Part shown: positions 57,472 to 64,000 of the stretch, one piece after another | How the letters are laid out: every line of letters begins with the position of its first letter | Position numbering within the stretch: position 1 is the first letter of the stretch | Origin: Peptococcaceae bacterium SCADC1_2_3 | Lineage (GTDB): Bacteria > Bacillota > Desulfotomaculia > Desulfotomaculales > Nap2-2B | Direction of reading: 5' to 3' | Length of the DNA: 64,000 nucleotides | NCBI GenBank assembly: GCA_000681355.2 | Contig: JJNX02000003.1 | Span: forward strand, 12,917-76,916 | The notes under the pieces: generated by a model | Seen by the model: only the letters and a program-made list of their open reading frames with translations | The model's database searches: none | What the model was told of the DNA's origin: nothing | Position numbers and translations under genes: made by a program

Positions 57472-58113
57472 TCAATCGTAGGGTGAATGATGCTGCGGGT
57501 CAATTAATTCCCGGTATTTCTTCACCACCTGCTTAAAATCCGTCCAGGTATCTTTTTTTAAAGCCGGGTTGCGAAGCAAGGCCGCCGGATGGTAGGTAGG
57601 CATTATAAAAATATTATTTCCCCCGCAGTTTTTTTCCACCCAAATTCCCCGGTCGCGCGTAATGCGCCCTTGCGGGGTAATTAAAACCTGGAGAGCAGTT
57701 GCCCCAAGCAAAATCATAATTCTTGGCTGAAGCAACCTTAACTGGGCCTCTAGAATAACCCGGCAGGCTTTTGTTTCTACTTCGGTGGGAATACGGTTAC
57801 CGGGGGGACGGCATTTAACCACATTTAAAATGTATACGTGTTGAAAACGTTCAAAGTTACAGGCCGCTAAAATCTTATCCAGCAATTGTCCTGCCCGGCC
57901 CACAAAAGGACGTCCCTGTAAGTCTTCATCGGCACCGGGTCCTTCACCGCACAATACCAACTTAGCCGCCGGATTACCTTCGCCAAAAACAACTCCCCGG
58001 CACCCTGACCGCAAGCCGCAAAGGTTACAGTTTTTTACTTTTTCCGCCAGCTTGGCTATATTGGTAGCCTGGGCTAAATCCCATTCAGGTCTAGGTTCAA
58101 ATAAGGTAGGCAT
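57472..58113 (-). CDS. Family 4 uracil-DNA glycosylase
   Basis: CNLC...GC Fe-S motif and GEGPGADEDLQGRPFVGRAGQLL. ATG 58113 is preferred, because the track start at 58137 lies inside a repeat. Confidence 0.8.
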   Translation of the reverse strand: MPTLFEPRPEWDLAQATNIAKLAEKVKNCNLCGLRSGCRGVVFGEGNPAAKLVLCGEGPGADEDLQGRPFVGRAGQLLDKILAACNFERFQHVYILNVVKCRPPGNRIPTEVETKACRVILEAQLRLLQPRIMILLGATALQVLITPQGRITRDRGIWVEKNCGGNNIFIMPTYHPAALLRNPALKKDTWTDFKQVVKKYRELIDPQHHSPYD

Positions 58114-58125
58114 TTTCTTTCCCTT

Positions 58126-58354
58126 GGCCACCCCCACCCTAACCCTCCCCCCTTGAGGGGGAGGGAAAAAGACTACTAACCCTTCCTCTCAAAAAGATAA
58201 GTTAGGAATCTTTCTAACCCTAAAGATAAGTTAGGAATCTTTTTAATCCCCTCAAAAAAGAGAGGCTGAGAGGAATCTTTCTAACCCTCCCCCTTGAGGG
58301 AGGTACACTCTTATTCCCCTCCCCCTTAAGGGGGAGGGAAGGGTGGGGGTGGCC
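58126..58354. repeat. Composite 229-bp GC-rich palindromic structure
   Basis: Outer arms ggccacccccaccct / agggtgggggtggcc enclose three CCCCTT(G/A)AGGGG mini-hairpins and a direct repeat aagataagttaggaatcttt x2. Confidence 0.85.
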
Positions 58355-58369
58355 AGCCGTTAATCAGGC

Positions 58370-58558
58370 TTACTCTTTTTCCAAGATTATTTTATGTTCA
58401 ACCAAGGCTAATTCCGCAATTCTGGCTTTAATCATTTTTCGCCGGCCAAAAATATCCTCTAAAAGCAGCCCTTCTTCATGAGGTAAGACCCGGTCTACCT
58501 TTTCCAAAAATAATTCTTCCTGCCCATCCTTACGCAAATAAGCATTAGCTTCACACAT
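58370..58558 (-). CDS. CooT family nickel-binding / predicted RNA-binding small protein
   Basis: 62 aa beginning MCEANAYL, a family-typical N-terminus. Confidence 0.55.
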   Translation of the reverse strand: MCEANAYLRKDGQEELFLEKVDRVLPHEEGLLLEDIFGRRKMIKARIAELALVEHKIILEKE

Positions 58559-58659
58559 TATTCTTCCTCCCTGGTTTTACAAATGCGGCCCCTTATTAAA
58601 TTATAGTCTTGAACTAAAAAAGACGTCAAGGTTAAATTTATCTCTTGCTGGCAAAAAAG

Positions 58660-59592
58660 CTACAACCCTCTAAGAAACTCCGGACGGAGCGTAGATACAT
58701 CCCCGTTGGCCAAAACACGGGCCAATTCGTTAACCATTTTTTCCTTGTCCTGGGGTAATCTCCCCCGGACGGATAAATAATTAGAAGCGTGCATGGAGCT
58801 GAAAAAACAATTGGTAAAGTGGGCATTTTCAACCAATATTTTTAGTTCCTCAAGAGAAGCAAAGGGAGAAATAAGTTCAAAGTCCCCCTTTTTTGTTTGT
58901 TCGTAAAGAGGGGTACCGGGCACTAAAGTTAGGGTCAGGGCTCCCGCGTAATCCGGGTCAATTTCACTTAAAATTTGGGCGGTGGCCAGGGCGTGTTTCC
59001 GGCTGTTTTTAACGCTGCCAAGCCCTAAAATAACCGTAACCGAAAGAGTAATCCCGGCCTCCTTTACCTTTTTTCCGGCGGTAACCATTTGCTGATAATT
59101 AACCCGTTTGCCAATATCCCGCAGGATTTCTTCGTCGCCACTTTCTACTCCCATATAAATTATCCCTAGTTTTAGTTCCTTTAAAATTTTAAGCTCCGCT
59201 CCGCTTCGCTGTAAAACATCCTTAGGGGTGGCGTAAGTACCAACTCTTTCTAATTGAGGCAGCTTCTCATTTAAATATTCCAGCACTCCAACCAGCTTAG
59301 GAAAGGGGTAAACCAAGGCGTCGCCATCCTGAAGAAACAGCCTGCGCTGGTCCCAATTTTGCGCAATAAGGTACATTACCGTGGGCATGTTCGGCAGGAC
59401 AAGACCTTGCTTTAAAAATAAGGCCAGGGCGTCAATCTCGGTTTTAACCTCTTCAACTTCCCTTATACCCAGCCTGCAACCATAATAATTGCAAAATGCG
59501 CAGGTATTGTTAGAACACCCGCTGGTCAGGGGAAGATAATAACTGTGCCGCTCGCTGGGAGGGCGTATAATCTCAGGTCTTTCAAAATGCAC
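58660..59592 (-). CDS. Radical SAM protein of unknown specificity
   Basis: 310 aa with a CSNNTCAFCNYY CX3CX2C-like cluster motif near the N-terminus and a TIM-barrel-like remainder. Confidence 0.75.
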   Translation of the reverse strand: MHFERPEIIRPPSERHSYYLPLTSGCSNNTCAFCNYYGCRLGIREVEEVKTEIDALALFLKQGLVLPNMPTVMYLIAQNWDQRRLFLQDGDALVYPFPKLVGVLEYLNEKLPQLERVGTYATPKDVLQRSGAELKILKELKLGIIYMGVESGDEEILRDIGKRVNYQQMVTAGKKVKEAGITLSVTVILGLGSVKNSRKHALATAQILSEIDPDYAGALTLTLVPGTPLYEQTKKGDFELISPFASLEELKILVENAHFTNCFFSSMHASNYLSVRGRLPQDKEKMVNELARVLANGDVSTLRPEFLRGL

Positions 59593-59645
59593 TTAAACTA
59601 CCTCCCGAAAATAATTGTCTCGCTAGATTTAAGTTTATTATACCA

Positions 59646-60593
59646 TTAATTTTTAAAATACTGACCGGTAATTTCCAAACCTTCTTCTAAGCCGTAACCG
59701 GGATAATAGCCAAAGGTCTGCGCTTTACTAATATCTGCTTGGCTTTGCCGGGGATCGGCCGGCCTGGGGGCAGTGTGCCGGGGACGTATACCGCTGGCCT
59801 GATTGCCGGTAAGCTTAATTAAAATTTCAACCAGCTTATTAACAGAAGTTGTTTTCCCGGCGCCAACGTTTACCGGACCGGTAGTTTCACTGACGGCAGC
59901 TAAAATGTTGGCCTGCACTACGTCCTTGACAAAAGTAAAATCCCTCACTTGCTCCCCGTCGCCGTAAATCACGGGCGGCTCCTTGTCCATAAGTTTTTTA
60001 ATAAAAATAGGGATTACCGCCGCGTACTGAGAGTCCGGATCCTGGCGCGGCCCAAAAACGTTAAAGTAGCGTAAGCAAACAGTGGACAAGTCGTAAACTG
60101 CCGTAAAGACGCTACAGTAAAGCTCGCCGGCTAGTTTAGTCACGGCGTAAGGCGATAGAGGGTTGGGGGGCAATTCTTCTTTTTGCGGAAGACTAGGGTT
60201 ACCCCCGTAAACAGAAGAAGAAGAAGCGTAAATAACTTTTTTTACCCGGTTATCACGCGCGGCCAGTAAAACATTTAAGGTTCCCTGGATATTTACCTCA
60301 TTAGTAACTAACGGGTCAGCCACACTGCGGGGTACTGAAGTTATGGCCGCCTGGTGAAAAACATAGTCTACGTCTTTAAAAACCGAAGATAAAAGGGAAA
60401 GGTCAGTAACGCTGCCATGAATAAAGCTTACCTGTTTATAGCTTAAAAACGGCTCAATATTCTCCAGCTTTCCGGAAAACAGGTTGTCCAGAATAATTAT
60501 TTCGTTCGCCGGATAAAGTTCCTCCACCAAATGAGACCCAATAAAACCGGCCCCGCCGGTTACTACGATTTTTTTGTTATTTAAGAGAGTCAT
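59646..60593 (-). CDS. NAD-dependent nucleotide-sugar epimerase/dehydratase
   Basis: VTGGAGFIGSHL and the YAVTK catalytic motif. Confidence 0.85.
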   Translation of the reverse strand: MTLLNNKKIVVTGGAGFIGSHLVEELYPANEIIILDNLFSGKLENIEPFLSYKQVSFIHGSVTDLSLLSSVFKDVDYVFHQAAITSVPRSVADPLVTNEVNIQGTLNVLLAARDNRVKKVIYASSSSVYGGNPSLPQKEELPPNPLSPYAVTKLAGELYCSVFTAVYDLSTVCLRYFNVFGPRQDPDSQYAAVIPIFIKKLMDKEPPVIYGDGEQVRDFTFVKDVVQANILAAVSETTGPVNVGAGKTTSVNKLVEILIKLTGNQASGIRPRHTAPRPADPRQSQADISKAQTFGYYPGYGLEEGLEITGQYFKN

Positions 60594-60821
60594 TTTAAAT
60601 TTCTCCTGGTTTTAGCTCTTTTAAGTTCATTCTTAATTCTTTAAGGTTAATTCGACATAAAATAAAGAAACTCCTCTAAAATTTTCCCTCTGAAAAGGAA
60701 AAATGAAATAAAAAATATTTTTAGCAGGACTTTTCTCTTTCCCCGGCGAAAGTTTATTTTATTACTTTAATTATTTATATCTTTAACTTTTTATTATTGA
60801 GGAGTTGTTTCTTCTTTAGCG

Positions 60822-61727
60822 GTGCCTTTGCGTAAAAATTTGAGCCTGCGTTATGATTTATTATATGTTCTTGGTCTTTCGGCTCTTTTAGCATTAACCA
60901 TTATATCAGGTCAAGCAACTGGCTGGTGGCACTATTTAAGAGTAATCTTAGGTATACCTTTTATCCTCTTTTTTCCCGGTTATGTCTTAATAGTAGCTCT
61001 TTTCCCTAAAAAAGACGACCTGGACGGTATAGAGCGGGCCGCTTTAAGCTTCGGGTTAAGTATTGCCGTGGTACCTTTACTCGGATTGGCCTTAAATTAT
61101 ACCCCTTGGGGCATTCGCCTTCTTCCGATCCTGGTTATCCTGATTCTTTTTACCGGCCTTATGTCAGGGTTAGCCTTCTACCGGCGAGGGAAACTGCCCC
61201 CGGCAGAAAGGTTTGTCCCTGCCTTTGAGCTAAACCTCCCTAACTTAAAGGAGCTTTCCCTCCTGGATAAGGTCCTCTCTATTCTGCTGGTACTGGCCAT
61301 CTTCTTTGCCTTGGGGAGTATTTTTTACGTTGTTACCACCCCAAAGGTTGGGGAAAAGTTTACCGAGTTTTACATCTTAGGAAAGGATGGTAAGGCTGAA
61401 GGTTACCCGCAAAACTTATCCTTCGGAGAAAAAGGTGAAGTAATTGTTGGGGTAGTAAACCATGAATACCGTCCCGTAAAGTACTACCTTATAGTTAAGA
61501 TGGGTGATTTTTATAAGTCCCGCACCGGGCCAATTCAGTTGGACTACGGAGAAAAGTGGGAGAAGCCAGTAAATTTTTCCGCTTATCAATGGCACAAAAA
61601 CCTAAAGGTAGAGTTTCTTCTTTTTCGCCAAGGAGATAAAAAACCATACCGCTCTACCCACCTGTGGGTAAACGTAACCAAGCAAATGGTTAGCGGATTA
61701 AAAACGCTGCTAAATTGCTTTACTTAA
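60822..61727 (+). CDS. Polytopic membrane protein with an extracytoplasmic C-terminal domain (DUF1616-like impression)
   Basis: 301 aa with four or five N-terminal TM segments followed by a soluble beta-rich domain. Confidence 0.45.
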   Translation: MPLRKNLSLRYDLLYVLGLSALLALTIISGQATGWWHYLRVILGIPFILFFPGYVLIVALFPKKDDLDGIERAALSFGLSIAVVPLLGLALNYTPWGIRLLPILVILILFTGLMSGLAFYRRGKLPPAERFVPAFELNLPNLKELSLLDKVLSILLVLAIFFALGSIFYVVTTPKVGEKFTEFYILGKDGKAEGYPQNLSFGEKGEVIVGVVNHEYRPVKYYLIVKMGDFYKSRTGPIQLDYGEKWEKPVNFSAYQWHKNLKVEFLLFRQGDKKPYRSTHLWVNVTKQMVSGLKTLLNCFT

Positions 61728-61803
61728 TTAAAGAATAGCTGCTTTCTCCTTACCAACATATAATTTTATTTTATTATTAAAAAACTAATTCATTTTGTTG
61801 TCC

Positions 61804-62523
61804 TTATTTTGCGCAGGCCTTTACGCAAAGGCCGCATATTTGCTGTCCTATCCCTTTTTGTTTGCTAAATTCTTTGAGCTTTTGGTAACAGGCCAGGTAA
61901 TCAAAAGCAGCCGCCTCTTCCTTAATTGCTCCGGCCGGGCAAACAGCCATACAACGCCGGCAAGTCCCGCAATCCAGGTTTAAAGGCCGGCCGGGTTTTA
62001 AAGGAAAATTAGTCAGGATACTGACTAAACGGACCTGGGCACCCCACTGGGAAGTAACCAAAAGGTTATTTCTTCCCCGCCAGCCCAATCCAGCCTTTTG
62101 GGCTAATTGCCGGTGGGAAACATGGCCCCGCTGCCGCTCCCAATCAATTATCTGAGAAGCCGCTACAGGCAAGGCCAAATATCCCGCCGCCTCAATTTTA
62201 GCCGCAATTAGTAAAGCCGCCCGGTCAAGGAGAAAATTTAACTGCCGGTAATGGTGAAAATAAAGGTGGTTAGGGCCCTCCTTTAAAGTCCCCAAAACCG
62301 TAGGCGAAACACGCGCGGCCATAACCACCGCCCAGGGTAATTTTAAGGTTAAGCCTTCCGGCAGCAGATAAAAATTCTTTCTTTCTTCGCCAACCTCAGC
62401 CACGCCAAACAAATCTATCCCGTTTTCCCGGGCTGTTTTTTGTAAAAGGTTAAAGTCTATTTCTTCAGGTGGAACTTTGTTATGGCTATTGTTGTTGAAG
62501 GTATTATCATGGTTCATTAACAT
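61804..62523 (-). CDS. QueG-like 4Fe-4S protein (short epoxyqueuosine reductase / reductive dehalogenase-related family)
   Basis: AQKAGLGWRGRNNLLVT...CGTCRRCMAVCPAGAI resembles the QueG core. It is shorter than canonical QueG. Confidence 0.55.
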   Translation of the reverse strand: MLMNHDNTFNNNSHNKVPPEEIDFNLLQKTARENGIDLFGVAEVGEERKNFYLLPEGLTLKLPWAVVMAARVSPTVLGTLKEGPNHLYFHHYRQLNFLLDRAALLIAAKIEAAGYLALPVAASQIIDWERQRGHVSHRQLAQKAGLGWRGRNNLLVTSQWGAQVRLVSILTNFPLKPGRPLNLDCGTCRRCMAVCPAGAIKEEAAAFDYLACYQKLKEFSKQKGIGQQICGLCVKACAK

Positions 62524-62612
62524 AATTTTATATTTAAGCTCTCTTTCTGGACAAACCTCATCTTGTTGGCTAAAAAAGCTAAGTGCCGACTACTGACAGC
62601 TAAGTACCTATA

Positions 62613-63338
62613 TTAAGCTAAACGGTACGTTTTTAGCACCAGCCACACAAAACGGGGTAACACCAAAGCTCTGGACAAGCGCTTTGGTTCTTGCAGCAGG
62701 CGTCCTAACCACTCTAGGTGTATTTTTTGCACCCAGGGGGGCATTCTTTTTACCCGGCCGGCAATAACGTCAAAGCTACCCCCCACCCCAATACAAACCG
62801 GTACATTTAAAGCCCGGAGATGGCGGGCAGTAAAAACTTCTTGCTTTGGCGCCCCGAGGGCAGCAAAAAGTATATCCGGCTGCGCCTGACGAATTTTAGT
62901 TATTACCCCCGATTCTTCTGTGGGCTGAAAGTAGCCGTGAAATGCACCGGCTACCTTAAGATTAGGGTAGTGCTTTTGTAGTTGCGCGGCAGCTTCTTCG
63001 GCTACCCCGGGCAAAGCCCCCAGGAAAAAAATTCGCCAGCCTTCGCCGGCCGCTTTCTGGGCCAAGCACCACACTAAGTCAATCCCGGTGATCCTTGCCG
63101 GCAGAGGAGTACCCGCCATTTTAGCGGCCCATAAAATTCCTACGCCGTCGGCCGTAACTAGATGGGCTTGGTTAATTATCTCTTTTAAGGCCGGTTTTTG
63201 CTGGGCGTAAAAAAGCATTTCCGGATTTAAAGTAACCACCTGGCGGGGCTTTTGGGCCGCAATAAAACCGGCTACTTTTTCTAACGCCCCGGCCATATCT
63301 AAACTATCTACCTGAACCCCTAAAAGGTTTATTTTCAT
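62613..63338 (-). CDS. tagA: WecB/TagA/CpsF family glycosyltransferase
   Basis: 241 aa with NPEM, ADGVGI and GAPKQE motifs. Confidence 0.8.
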   Translation of the reverse strand: MKINLLGVQVDSLDMAGALEKVAGFIAAQKPRQVVTLNPEMLFYAQQKPALKEIINQAHLVTADGVGILWAAKMAGTPLPARITGIDLVWCLAQKAAGEGWRIFFLGALPGVAEEAAAQLQKHYPNLKVAGAFHGYFQPTEESGVITKIRQAQPDILFAALGAPKQEVFTARHLRALNVPVCIGVGGSFDVIAGRVKRMPPWVQKIHLEWLGRLLQEPKRLSRALVLPRFVWLVLKTYRLA

Positions 63339-64000
63339 GAGATTAGGTTTAAATCCACCTTCATTCCGTCAGTAGCCGCAATAACTTCAACCTTATATTC
63401 GGCCGTAAGCTTGCTGGCCAGTTCCCAGGGCTTGGCTTTAAGCATGGTCGTCCCAAAATGAGTCATAATAATTTTGGCCGGTTTTATTTCCGTTAATACA
63501 TTTTTCACGTCTTCTAAGCTTAAATGCATGGCGGAACTGTGCTCTACCGGCTGGTGAAAAACTACATTCATTATTAAAAGGTCAGAATTAACGTAGCTGG
63601 TACTTAACTCGGAAAAATATTTTGTATCCGCCATAAAGGATACTTTCCGGCCGGGTAAATGAAAAATTATACCATAAGTTTCAACCGGGTGCCGGTGTTT
63701 AATTGAAGTGCTAAAGTTTATTCCGTCACCTAATTGATAAGTGGTATTTTCCTTTAAAATAACAATTTCGTCCAGGTAAGATCGCAGGTAATTTAAAACT
63801 ACCTGGTTGTTGCCGTTTAAAGCGTCCGCGGGGGCAAACAAGACCCCCCGTTTTTTAATACCACCGCTGGTCATGGCGTCAATCAAAATATTAACATCGT
63901 TGGAATGGTCAATATGCAGGTGAGAAAGAATAATAGCTTCGACCTGAGTTACATCAACCGGCGGTTTTGCTTTGGCGCACCTCACTATTGTTCCCGGGCC
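63335..64000 (-). CDS. MBL-fold metallo-hydrolase; N-terminus outside the window
   Basis: SHLHIDH motif. The frame stays open to the window edge upstream of the track's Met. Confidence 0.7.
   Translation of the reverse strand, partial: GPGTIVRCAKAKPPVDVTQVEAIILSHLHIDHSNDVNILIDAMTSGGIKKRGVLFAPADALNGNNQVVLNYLRSYLDEIVILKENTTYQLGDGINFSTSIKHRHPVETYGIIFHLPGRKVSFMADTKYFSELSTSYVNSDLLIMNVVFHQPVEHSSAMHLSLEDVKNVLTEIKPAKIIMTHFGTTMLKAKPWELASKLTAEYKVEVIAATDGMKVDLNLIS

Overview
This is a 64-kb chromosomal segment from an endospore-forming Firmicute, Clostridia-like and moderately AT-rich by eye. I saw no rRNA, tRNA or CRISPR array. All family assignments come from motif recognition by eye; no searches were run.

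Layout:
- 1-37.9 kb is almost all plus-strand. It carries rqcH (minus, partial), a yloB-type Ca-ATPase, dapF-dapL-aminotransferase, and yloC-remA-gmk-rpoZ-coaBC in Bacillus ylo synteny.
- 11.5-18.7 kb is a mosaic accessory segment.
- Next come a TPR protein, the preQ0 operon (queD-queC-unknown-queE-folE), membrane subunits of a Na+-translocating decarboxylase, surE, spoIIGA-sigE-sigG-spoIIR-ylmC, a DUF2520 reductase plus panBCD, nadB-nadC, a Nudix gene and birA.
- At 37.9 kb orientation flips. 37.9-64 kb is almost all minus-strand and syntenic with the B. subtilis smpB-secG-eno...gap...rapZ...uvrA region. It carries a truncated smpB, a thioesterase, hppA, secG, eno-tpiA-pgk-gap, rapZ, PGI/PMI, a macro domain protein, a glycogen debranching enzyme, glk, uvrC, uvrA, an orphan binding lipoprotein, UDG, CooT, a radical SAM protein, an epimerase, DUF1616, a QueG-like protein, tagA and an MBL hydrolase (partial).

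Most notable observations:
1. Several dispersed repeat families occur: a 22-28 bp palindrome, a roughly 45 bp hairpin, GC-rich palindromes, and STRR-like degenerate heptamer arrays. They sit between genes and also in frame inside housekeeping genes (rqcH, dapF, Nudix, birA tail, uvrC, uvrA).
2. In uvrA an 83-bp palindrome replaces the whole insertion domain.
3. smpB is cut after about 75 codons exactly at the convergent strand-switch junction, next to a repeat copy.
4. The accessory segment is bounded by nested direct repeats. It holds an intact SNF2 helicase plus zinc-ribbon partner operon, a degenerate integron (intI stub, attC-flanked cassettes, a TA pair) and a series of 5' gene stubs (radC, TIR-like, DUF262, four-helix-bundle).
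5. queE has no canonical start codon for its conserved N-terminus and lies in the same frame as the upstream unknown gene, separated by a single TAA.
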